A stretch of 64,000 nt of DNA from Balanoglossus misakiensis (taxonomy: Eukaryota; Animalia; Hemichordata): positions 8,174,047-8,238,046 of the forward strand of contig CM082591.2 in the NCBI GenBank assembly GCA_040954595.2. The letters are read 5' to 3'. The notes under the pieces are model-generated. The model was not told where the DNA came from. It saw only the letters and a list, made by a program, of their open reading frames with translations, and made no database searches. Positions 47,451 through 58,760 of the stretch are shown here, in pieces (position 1 is the first letter of the stretch; every line of letters starts with the position of its first letter). The translations under genes were made by a program, and so were the position numbers.

Positions 47451-47803
47451 GGATGTACGCACAGAATGTAAACTGTCTTAGTCTTTTCCCATAGGATAAC
47501 ATCGACAATTCGAGAAAACTGACTTCTACTATTGTCATTTTTATATAATTTTACACATACACATGTACACATAGATTAGTCAAATAAAAATAAATTCAGT
47601 GGTCAAATTAAATCATATTGTCAACATGCTCAATTTTGAGATAAACTTTGATAAAAACTTTTCCTATAGATAAATCTTTGGTGAAAATATGCTGAGTCAA
47701 CAGTTTTCTTTAATTCCCTTTAAAAAAAAAAAAATCATCATACATCCAGAATTCCACAATAAAAAGAAATGACTATACTTTCAATTTTACTGATTGTACA
47801 TCC
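47451..47803. mobile_element. TTAA-flanked MITE with ggatgtac...gtacatcc ends, family N
   Basis: TTAA at 47447-47450 and 47804-47807. Copy at 53972-54373 (right end truncated at an exon); partial copy ending 35628. Confidence 0.8.
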
Positions 47804-48610
47804 TTAAGTCTTTATTCACATTGTATAATTACAGTCACAGTGGTTAAAGCACCTGGTGGTATCTAACATATCAAAAACACATGAAACTTGGCATACAGCT
47901 GAATGGAATGGGATTAAGAAGTTTGTTTTGCCAGAATCTGGTTGCCAGGGTTACATGATACAAAACAATGTCTTGACAAAAGTTGTCCAAAGATCAACAA
48001 TAACATCAGTAACTTAAGGTTCATGATTGTACTGAAATTTGGGTTCACGATGGGTAATCATGTTATACAAGTATAGAAACACATTTGCAAACACAATGTA
48101 GTTTTTAGTAGTGTTACAGGCTTTTTTTCCATAACCAATCCCCTCGTCATTATCATGTGCCATTTTTTCCTTTGTTTATAGTCAGGTTTATTAGTAAAAA
48201 CTGACTTTTTTTGTTAAAAACAGTTGGTTTAATATGTCCACCGTCCCCCGTCTAAGCTGTGATCCAAGTTTGGGTAAACTTTGATTTCTATTTACAAAAA
48301 TGACAGGAATTATCAGATGCAGTTGGTTCCCACTGGCCTATAGTGAATGGGACCTAAAATCACTGAAATGTATGGTATTATAGAATCTTATACTATATGG
48401 GCGGCTATAAAAAACCTTGAAGGTACACGGTCACCTATGGAAAATTAGCTACAGTTACCATGGCAAATTGAGATCTAGCCAATCACGGATTTTCAGTGGG
48501 TGGCACGCGCGAAAAAAAAAGAGCGCCACCATATGTTCTTTAGAACGCTCATTACACCATTTCAACCATATATGGGCGTATGTAAATTAGAGGCGACTGT
48601 ATACATTTAA

Positions 48611-48750
48611 CCCCTTGACTGCCATCATGCCATGTATGCCAAATGAACAACAGATTCCTATCAATTTGTGCCAGATTTTTCCAACAGGCAAGATATAATA
48701 GCAATTAAATATGGTGCTGGAAATTTCCGGCACTCCAGGTTGTCAAGGGG
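48611..48750. mobile_element. piggyBac-like MITE (ccccttgac...gtcaagggg), TTAA TSD
   Basis: TTAA at 48607-48610 (shared with a family H copy) and at 48751-48754. Confidence 0.7.
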
Positions 48751-50619
48751 TTAATGACATAATTACATTGCTTTTCCTCATTTTAATTTTGTCAAGACTC
48801 GTGAAATCACTTAGCCTGATTTTGCGACAAATGATCGTCAAGGACTCCACCATGAAGACACCAGGAGTATAAAATGGTCGATTCTATAACATCAAGGTAT
48901 TTAATGTCCAATGTGATCTAAATATGTAACTTGAAAAACTGATGAGTTTCAAACATTTTTAGCATCAGTCATTTCTATATATTTACATATACTATGAAAA
49001 TTCGGATTTATTTGTAAAGTCATAACTTTGTTGTTTTGCTCTATTCCTCTATCTTGAAATTGAATCAAATTCTTCTTCAAAGTTATTTGCATAGTAGGTT
49101 TAGAAATGAACTCCTCAAACTTTGATAGAGAAAGGATTTGATATTAATGATTACATTTTAAAATACTCAATCCAAATCATTCCATGTAATTTAAAAGTGC
49201 CAACTTAGAATATACAGTCAAACCTGTTAATAGTGGCCAGTCAAGGGACTTTTCTAAACTGGCCTTTATAGACAGGTGGTCTTTATAGACAGGTTAATTG
49301 ATGTACAGGTGAATTGCACAGAGACTTTAACAAAGTGGCCACTATCTAGAGGTGGCCACTAACATAGGTTTGACTGGTACATGTACATGTAATCAAGATT
49401 TTCAAATTAACACCACTCTTATGGGTTTGGCTGTTGACCTTTGACCCCTGTTGCATCACACTGCAATAGCTGTCCTTTTTCTAATGTTTGTTAAAATATA
49501 CTGCTATTGTCATAATAATACATTCATGAAAATTTGCTGGTTAAACCGGGTGAATCTGCAATCAGACTTGGCACATTTTCATATACAATCCAATGTAGCT
49601 GCAATAGAAAGTATCTATTGCAGCAAAAATAATTCAGGATTTTCCATCCAATGTACCTATGCATTAAATTTTATACAGTAGAACATGTTTGGGCCCAGTG
49701 TAGATAAAAAAATAAGAACTCCATAATACAGATTACATTTACTGTCTGCATCTTAAAAATGCATCATTCTGACAAATATCAATAATATTGGATATAATAC
49801 AGTTTGCATTTAAACACATTTATAGCAAGTCTACAAAGGCAAAATTTCAACAGTTAAAATAAGCTAATGTGAATGTTATAAGTACATGTACTTAATTTAC
49901 AATTCAATCAGCAATGCTTGCAGAAGTGTGAAGAACACAAAAATGCACTGCCATGAAATGAATCAAAATACACCAAATAATACAAAACCTGGTCAAAAAT
50001 ATCAGGTATTTGTCACTTGCAGTAAGGATGTTGGAAATGTGACAAATTTTGCAGTTACGGTGTGCTGATATTGTACTATAGATGTGAATTATCCTGTGGC
50101 TTTTAGTGGTGAGCTATATCTGGCAGTCATGGATGTGTCACACACTGCAGCAAGAGCCTTTCATGTCTTTTTCATGAAGAGGATGCCCTTCCAAAATATG
50201 TTTTGTTTCGAATATTCTTTTTTATATACATGTTTTTGTTCCACTGATTCTGTATTTGCATTTTTATGAATACATAATAGACTTCCAACTGGAAAGTTAC
50301 ACACACAGTCACTATGCAAGTCTTGTTCTCCAACAGAACAGACAAGTTTTCAGTGTCTTGTACAGACACCATAACATTAAATACCACAGTAACATTTTCA
50401 GTGCAGTATGAGGATTTTCTGTCCTTCAGTGCAAGCACCTTATCCATTTGAACTGCACGCTGTAGTCAAACCTGTTTTACCCCTTTCACCACAATGGTCC
50501 AGTCCAAATCCACTGTTTTCTATGGGAAGGTTGGACCTCTAAAGACGGAACCGGGGGTGAAAGGGTTAGTCTTGCGCTTTAGCTATTCAATAGGATCACA
50601 TACCGCCTTTGAATTCACA

Positions 50620-53600
50620 TTACGCATTCCCTTTGTGTGAAACTTGTAAGATGGTGGGAGCAGTACCGGTGCTGTGTCTGGGGACTTGACGGTTGCCATG
50701 GGCGAGTCGACCCATCAGATCTTGATACTCCTTCGGCCAGTGGTAGATGATGGTGTTGCGCAGCCAGATGGGGACATGGATCGATTTGCAATCATTCATC
50801 AGGACCGGGATGAAGCGTTCGTACCTCGAAGCTTTCTCTCGATGTTCTGTTTGCATCAATGATGCAATGTATCTATCGAAGAAGAAAGAGTTCAAAGTTG
50901 AGTAACTGCACACAATGTCAGATCTCAGGAAAAAAACAAGATTCCTTTTCAAAATCATAAAATTAAAGAAAGTTCTGTCCACTTTTTACTAAACTAGTTG
51001 AGTTTCTCCCTGCATAGACTTTGAATGGGTGGGGTTTTTTTTAATGTACGTGAGTTGAAGTAAATGTATTTTCAGGAATTAAGTTATCACAGATTTCCTG
51101 CTACACCTGTATTTGAAACATGCACATGGGTTTAGAAGTAGGCAGACAGAGAGACAGACAGAGACAATTTTGGAGCCTATGTCAATACGTATTCAGAAAT
51201 TACTTTGCATGATAAAATGTCACAAAATTGCGTAGGCAATTGACAGCCTGTAATAGAACACCACAGTACATTGTTACAAAGTTTAATCTGTCATGTTCCC
51301 TAAATGAAAATTACAACGTTTCTGTGGGTAAATGTTGTGAAGTTAAATGCACGCTCGCGTTATTTTTAGCTTGTAAGTCTTGCTCAATACAATTTGCATA
51401 TCTCCAGTGCCTCAAGTCAATGCATACTGGTGTACACATCCATCATTATCTATGTGTAATTATGGTCAGAAATGAGTGAAGTATGCAGGATTTTTACGTT
51501 AAGGGAATCACTGATATATAGCATCATACCTGGTATTCAAGCTTCGGTCATTTGTATCTTCTGGTACATCTTTCAGCAAAGCTTCTTCAATGTACTTTGG
51601 ACTGCAGCAGACGACAACAAAATCACAGGATTCAAAGCAATCTGTCAACCAACCCACTCGGTCTGCTGTTATTTTCACAAAGTCCCCTCTCTTCATGTCC
51701 AAGTGCACTTCAAAATTGTTCCTCGTCAGATTTTCCAGCAAGTTCCGAAACATGACGCTCTTCTTCAGATCACTGGCATACGTCACAAAGATCTTGGGCC
51801 TCGCTGCAATTAAACAAATAAACAGGTCAGAAACACAGAATACAGTAAAACTGAACACCAAAGGGACTGAAGAAAATGTTCAGTTTGCAGAGGTGTCCGG
51901 TTTATAGAGGTTATTTTAACATGTGGTTTTATGTGAAAGGAGCAGGAAAATGTTTTCGGTATAGACAGGCATCCAGATTAGACAGAGTTCGGTTTAGACA
52001 GGTTTTACTGTAATATTAACCCTAACCCTACCAGGTACATGTATAGAACATGTTAAAATATGTACGGTCACTATGGGCCACTGGACGTACTTTGACCGAG
52101 TTGGATATCTTTTGTTTCGTTGCCATGTGTGTAATTTGACCAGGTTGAATGGCTTGATTTATCTGTCCAATGTTTACTGTATGACGACCTAGCCAGATAA
52201 AATTAGCAGCAGAAGCGACTGAGTGTGACTCAGCTGTCAAAATATATCACAATACACCGATGATACCAGTTCAAATTCTCCATACATGTAGTCAAGGTAT
52301 GCCTTGTACTCTTGAGGGTATGAAAATTATACTGTTTGCTACTGATTTGGTACTGTTAGGGTTAAAGAATTATCACCTATAGGCAGTCATTTCCACTGCA
52401 GGCCATGTCATTATTCTGTCCAATGGTTCCTATTTGACCAATCTTCTCTGAATTGAGCTTTGACATTTTAACATGTAGACTGTGGACTTTCCTCTGAAGT
52501 ACATTTATGACGTGGTCTTTGAATTCACACTTACATCTTTGGTACCAAGTTTGATTACCAGTGTTCATTATGTGTGTGTTCACAGATTCATTTAAAGGGA
52601 CAAAGTCTCTCTCGCTGCCCTGTTTCCATTTATTATGTTTGATACAAGACACTGTTTATGTTATTCTACGTGTGGATGTATAGTGCATCAACGTTCGACC
52701 ACTCACAACTTCCATCCCACTTATAAACACAAGAGTGAAAAACTCGCCTAAATGAATAATCGGTGTTCACCATTTATTCATTATGGCGATTTTATTCACT
52801 CTGGTGTCTATAAGCAGTATGGAAGTTGTGTGTGGTCGAACGTTGATTCACTATATGTCCACATGTAGAATAACATGAACGGTGTCTTGTATCAAACATA
52901 ATAAATGGAAAAAGGGCTGAGAGAGAGACTTTGTCCCTTTAATTTCATTGACTAACCTCGAGGAACTGGTCTGGGTACAGACTCAACCGTGGTTGATCTC
53001 AGCAAGTATGGCTGCGGAGGCGATGTTCTGTTCACAGGACATATGGATGGAATGTTGTTGTTGTTCTGTGCAGGAGGGGGGCACATTCTGTTGGGTGACG
53101 GTCGTGGTGGCTGAATTCCCGGATTTGGCGCAGAGTTCGGCCACGGCGCAGTTTGCGGCCGTCTGGTTGTGTACGGATTCTGCTTGGGCCAGGTTCCGGG
53201 ATTCCCAGGGGGTCTTGGGACGCCGCCGTCCGGACACGACAAGGAAACTACTTCAGATGTCGATCTCCGCAGATTTCTGGGATCTGATGCGTTTTGTGAT
53301 TCGTCCTCTGCTGGCACGCAATACTCAGATGACCATCGGTCAGTTTGACCTCTGTGCTCAGACGCGTTAGGAATTGTGAAGTCTTGACTGCAAAGCGTCC
53401 TCGGCCCCTCACTATCAGACAGATCAACCTGGGCTATGATCTCCTCGGGGTTGACAATCTGGCAATTTCCAGCCAACCGGCAATTATCAGCATTCTGGCT
53501 ATTATTGATTCTTTGACCATTTCGCCTGGTATGTGTCTGCGATAATACATCTTGGGGATGGGTAAATGTCTGTGAATGATTTACATCACTGCAATTTGGT

Positions 53601-55173
53601 ACTGGGTCGTTTCTGTCTTCAACCGTAGCGAATTTCTGGCCTGTTCCTCCTCCACACCTTGCAATGATTCTTGGTTGTGGCCCCTCAACAGTTGGAACAA
53701 CAGATATGGTGACAGACATTCCTTGTGTGGAAACATCTCTATTCTCATATCTGTCATCTCTGCCATCACACTGACTATCACAAGGTGCACGATTGTGAAA
53801 CAGTGTCCCTTCTGAAACAGAATGAAAGACAATTCTATTATAATATAGAATACATGTAGTGTAGTATATTACAACACACTACGCAGTGACATAGTTTGGC
53901 AAACAGGGAATTAACTAAAGTGACACAGTCACTACACTTTGATATTTTCAAATTTCAATGTTTTCAATTAAGGATGTACGCACAGAACGTACACTGGTAA
54001 ATATCACGCATGTGTCTCTTTCCCACTGGATTACATTGATAATTGCCAGAAAACATAGTTTTTGTATTTTCATGAAATTTCACACATAGCTGTCAAGTAA
54101 AAATAAATTTATCGGTCAAATAAAATCGAATGGTCACCTCGCTCTATTTTTAGAGGAATTTCGTTAAATGTTTTTCCCATAGACAAACCATTGGTGGAAA
54201 ATGCTGACTCAGCAGTTTTCTTCAATTATCGACTAAATTCGCGGCCTTGTTATTCAAAAACCTAGCGCAGTGACTTCTACATTTTATAACAGATCTTCAT
54301 TACACATACAAATGTGAAACCGAAAGTCCACAATGAAAAGAAATGACAATACTTCCAATTTTGCTGAACGTACCTGTATGAGCTGTTACCAAGACTTTCA
54401 AAGCATCATATCGATCAAGCGTTTCTGCAATAATCACAAAATCTTGAATAGTGGCTGAGGGACATCTTTGCTTCCAATACTCAAAGACAACATGTGTTGG
54501 TCGCTTCCCGATCTGCCTTGCATCAATATTCTGTTGATAAAATTGAGATAGTTATTGTAATGCAAATTTCTGGCAGTAACGCTACATAAAAGACTGTCAT
54601 GGCTTAGACTCAGTTACCCAGACTCCTCTGCTTCTTCCGCTGCACTACAGAAAGAGGGTCTGGGGAAATACCATAGAATGATTTGTAAAACAAAATGGCT
54701 GCTCTCAGGCTTTCTGACAGTCGCTCATTGGCTGATCTGTCGGTATGACCTGGGTCACTGCAACTCGACTAAACTAAAATGGCGATTGTTGTCTTGTCAC
54801 ATCAAGAGACTGGTACTTGCTGTTCAATGTGACAATTTTCAGTGTCCCAGGTCAAACTGTATAAAATCTCTGACCTACTGGCCTCGTTTTCGCATCATCT
54901 TGGAAGGACGCCCTCATTACGAAAAAAGTGTATGGAATCATAAAAATCAAAACCAAATACGAAACAACAAAACTACTTGGGCAAAATGACATTGTACAGT
55001 TATCATCTCACCTGTATTGTGGTGGTATCAAGTCCACACTTACAGGCCAAGTGTTTCCAGTGGTTACCAGTTTCACAATCAAAACAATCAGCAAGTTTGT
55101 CTCGAACACAGAACCTAATATCATGAAAGCTGCATTGCAGAACAGAATCCAACGATTCCCTCACTGAAGACAT
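50620..55173 (-). CDS. Death-domain + SEFIR adaptor protein, Act1/CIKS (TRAF3IP2)-like, 566 aa, 5 coding exons
   Basis: Minus-strand exons 55173-55012 (ATG in GCCATG context), 54530-54374, 53811-52957, 51803-51530, 50872-50620 total 1701 nt, open frame. N-terminus: VRDKLADCFDCETGNHWKHLACKCGLDTTTIQ/NIDARQIGKRPTHVVFEYWKQRCPSATIQDFVIIAETLDRYDALKVL (death-fold pattern). C-terminus: KIFVTYASD...FVVVCCSPKY...LNTRYIASLMQTE...RFIPVL...VPIWLRNTIIYHWP, matching Act1-type SEFIR motifs. Confidence 0.88.
54374..55173 (-). CDS. Death domain exons of the SEFIR adaptor (55173-55012 and 54530-54374), absent from the ORF track
   Basis: Acceptors ttctatctttacag and ttttatcaacag; donors gtgaga and gtacgt; phases 0 and 1 fit the next exon. 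WxxLA, PT..V...W, ATI..F and L.R.D patterns are typical of MyD88/IRAK-type death domains. Confidence 0.8.
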
Positions 55174-56658
55174 GGCTTCTTTTCAGCTTCAAATAACATT
55201 CCAGTCTGTAAAGATAGAAGAGAAAAATCATCAACACACATTGACAAATATGTTCATGTGTATACCTATCAGTAAGCTTATTTAACCCTAACGCTGCCAA
55301 TTCAGTTGAAACTGGTTTGAGTTCTAGGGTGCCTAGAATCCTGGCTCCCAGGCCTGTTAGACTGCCAAGTGCGTGTTAATCAGTAGGGCCTATACAAGAC
55401 CCTCAGACCAATACACTGCAAACCAGTGTGATTTGGTACATTTTACACTTTACAGGGGGCTCAGACTGCCAAGTGTGTCTAAGTACGTATGAGAGCCATG
55501 TCAAGACAGTCAAAATATGTTTTGGAAGAAAAAGTGGCAAATACGTATTTTAAGGGACTTGACACTCTAAACAGGTATGACACCCAGTATCATTAGGGTT
55601 AAAGGGACATTAGCAGTAACTTTTGACTTTATTTTTCATATTTTTGTTCTATGTATCAAAAGTAATTTCTTGCTGTACTCGAAACAAAATACCAATATAC
55701 CCAGTACTCCAACTGTCAACATACTGTATCCTGTTTGTGTGTAACAGCTAGATAATGTTGTTGACAAATAAATTCTACTCCGGATTTGAATTCAAGTTTT
55801 ACACAATATCAATGCTGACCATATACACATATATGTTGTGTTCATGTATACCTATCAGTAAGCTTATTTTGATGGCCCAATCTAAGTTGGAAAGTAACAT
55901 CATGAAAATAATGCAAAAAGCGGCAGCTCTAGGTGTTTTTTTTAATTGGCTGAACAAAGGGAATGAAACTGAAAATACCACTACAGTGTACCACACAGTC
56001 ATCTTTTCCTTAGATCCATAAATGTACAGGTCAAAGTTCACATAGCCAAACTAGTACCACATTCAGTTGGCATTTTTAGCCCTTTGGAATGAAGGTCCAA
56101 CAGAATTTATGTCATCACTCTGTACACAAAAACTTGAATGAAATCAAGATCCACTGCCAATGATTCAAAAAGTAACACTTTCATATAGGCAACATGACTT
56201 CAGACTAGATGGAATCCAAAATGTACCTCTGAAAATTTGAGAATACTTTTTTTGAAAAACAAAATACAAATTCATACAGCCATAGGGGCTTCAACAACAA
56301 TTTTCTACCGTACGTATGTAACACAGATACTGGGTATGAGTATGACTATGCACGCACTACATGGTAATTCATGCAATTCATGTTCTTGTTAGTAGGTCCC
56401 ATTTACTGAGGTTTTTCAACTTGTACACAAAAAACATTTATACCAGAAAGGTAATAACAGGTAAATGGCATGAATAAAAAAAGCACATTCTGTATCAAGA
56501 CAGATTTTGTCCATGTCCTAAATTTCTCTAACCATGTGTGTGAGAAAATGGCAGAAAAACGCTATCAGCAGAGATACAATGACACCGCAGATTCCAATCA
56601 CAATAGGTGTGTCGTCAGTCAAATTGCTCTTAAGTTACAAAATATGCTGCCCCATAAA

Positions 56659-56757
56659 TAGCTGCAATGATTGTAGCGGTTGCTGCTAGGTTGAGTGGTA
56701 TGTTTGCAGCCTACCACTGACTCAACCTAGCAGCACCCGCTACAATCATTGCAGCTA
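56659..56757. mobile_element. 99-bp hairpin element with TAGC...GCTA ends
   Basis: Arms tagctgcaatgattgtagcggttgctgctaggttgagt / actcaacctagcagcacccgctacaatcattgcagcta; flanks ccccataaa and (catgta)ccccatgaa. Confidence 0.7.
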
Positions 56758-57232
56758 CATGTACCCCATGAATAGCCCTTGTAAGCACCTCCTATGGCAA
56801 TGAAGCCATAACTTGACACTTGACATACTACTGGTACTAGGATTACCCCTTGGTCTGGAAATATTGAAAACACATTTTTGCTTTCACCTCACCCACGCAA
56901 TGACAACAAGATCAGCATGTCCAGCTACTTGTAATATATGGCTGGATCGCCCCCAATGCATTCTGTACAAACTGACTGGAGTGGACCATAGCTCCAGCTC
57001 AGTGGCTCGAGGTTTCTCCTTGTATTGTAAGTGGATTGGAAAACTAGTAAGAGCTCATGTCCAACCTATTCGAAAATGCATAGGTTGGACAGAATTTCGA
57101 TTTGGGTACTTTGGTAGTACATTAGTACGTTTGTTTCTGCTTATCAGTCCTTTTCTTGTCAATGCGGCTTCCGACCCAAGTTTTGGGCCTACAGGCTACA
57201 CTGTTTTTAAAATCTTAAATCAGCAAGCTGAC

Positions 57233-57304
57233 TAGCTCTGCGTACAGGTCTGTGTGTTCCCGGCGGTATAACGCCGGGAACACACAGACCTGTACGCAGG
57301 GTTA
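57233..57304. mobile_element. 72-bp minimal AcademH-like element (family L) with perfect 9-bp TSD
   Basis: caagctgac|tagctctgcgtacaggtctgtgtgttcccggcg...cgccgggaacacacagacctgtacgcagggtta|caagctgac. Confidence 0.8.
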
Positions 57305-57556
57305 CAAGCTGACCAGCTCAGTGTATCACTAGTTTTCTATGACGTGTGACTGATCACTGGCTGTTTCGCGTGAAAAAGTGTTCCACACGTCTAAATAGGT
57401 TGGGGGAACATTAGGTACAACATGTACTATACAGCCTTTTGCCTTTACAATTATATGCCTTGGCCCTTGCCTTGGGGTTGGTTTTTCCATCGTATTTCCA
57501 TCATGGTTTTGCCCTCCGACCCCAAACAAGGCAAAACCTTGAACTAGAGTACTGTG

Positions 57557-58111
57557 TAGCTCTGCGTACAGGTCTGTGTGTTCCCGGCGTTATACGGCCT
57601 CCACCCACAGCCCTGCAAGGCGCCATAGAAAAAACTGGTGCTTCTGCGGTCCGGATCCGGACCGCAGCTTTTTCGGCCGAAATTCGATTTTATCGAAGCA
57701 AAATCATTTCCCTGTCTACTTCTGCCTCCTAACCGACTCCAAATATGATTCGATTAACTTGTCCTAACGTCCGAACCGCTCGCTTTCTAAAACTTTTATG
57801 TTTACCCATGGAGAAAAACTCGCTGTAAGCCTTGCATTCAATACGGCGATCTCGACATGTAAACACACACAAATAAATCAGAACGCGAGTAGTTCTGACG
57901 TTAGGACAAGTTAATCACATCATATTTGGAGTCAGTTAGGAGGTAGAAGTAGACTAGGAAAGTATTTTGCTTCGATAAAATCAAATTTCGGCCGAAAAAG
58001 CTGCGGTCCGGATCCGGACCGCAGAAGCACCAGTTTTTTCTATGGCGCCTTGCAGGGCTGTGGGTGGAGGCCGTATAACGCCGGGAACACACAGACCTGT
58101 ACACAGAGCTA
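57557..58111. mobile_element. 555-bp AcademH-like non-autonomous element (family L), TIRs of about 215 bp, perfect 10-bp TSD
   Basis: gagtactgtg at 57547-57556 and 58112-58121; termini TAGCTCTG...CAGAGCTA. Confidence 0.85.
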
Positions 58112-58606
58112 GAGTACTGTGCAGCAAGGGCCCAGGGCAACAGTAAATGTCGAAATCCAAACCCTGCTGACTCAAGCAAAACCAGACAAATAAGGTCACA
58201 ACTCATCCATGCACCGGACTCCCTTGGGGATGCAGGTCGCATGGGTCGATCGAAATGTCCTGTGTCAAACTTTCAAGTTTCATAATATCAAATTACACCT
58301 CAATCGAATGAGTACACTTCATGATTGTAGTAAGGATCTAATCGAATGGTTGCGCGCGTTGATTTTCTTGCCGTGTGAATAGGTAAGGCAGGCCAGACAT
58401 CGAATCCCGTAAAAATACATAAGTAAATGTCCTATGCCTACACCTATGCACCAAGACGACACCACAGCCCACGACAACAGGCGACACACCAACATGCGCA
58501 AGCGTGGACCGTGGACGTACGATCGAGCACGTACACTGAACATTCACAGTAAAAACTAATCACACAGAACAATCCCCAATTCTTTTAGTAAGTTTGTTTG
58601 ACTCAC

Positions 58607-58760
58607 CTGTCAGACATATGCCCGAACGGCAAAACAGATGTCAATGCAAATACGCCAACATCAGCAAAGCTTTAAAAACAAGGCGTTCACATTCAATATG
58701 GCGTCAGATGAAAAAATAAAATGTTGGCCTTTGACCTCTGTGAAATTAGCATATGGCGCA
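58607..58760 (-). promoter_or_regulatory. Probable 5' non-coding first exon / promoter of the Death-SEFIR gene
   Basis: Consensus donor CAG|GTGAGT at 58607/58606 on the minus strand. Locally CpG-rich. Two YY1-like ATATGGCG motifs at 58695-58703 and 58750-58758. The ATG exon begins at a strong acceptor (55205), so an upstream exon is needed. Confidence 0.5.

Noticed and set aside
52016-52031. Telomere-like TAACCC/TTAGGG hexamers (also at 18009, 18301, 55286)
   Set aside because: Only one or two units; they are the termini of TTAA-flanked piggyBac-like MITEs.
52948-53545. Plus-strand ORFs overlapping the Pro-rich exon
   Set aside because: Antisense to the 855-nt linker exon of the Death-SEFIR gene.
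50620-55173. Calling the adaptor MYD88, or assigning the symbol TRAF3IP2
   Set aside because: The C-terminal motifs fit Act1-type SEFIR rather than MyD88 TIR, but the death domain differs from vertebrate Act1, so orthology needs a phylogeny.
56813-57235. 140-aa plus-strand ORF
   Set aside because: Non-ATG start, no domain motif, no splice support; it lies in the probable first intron of the minus-strand gene.
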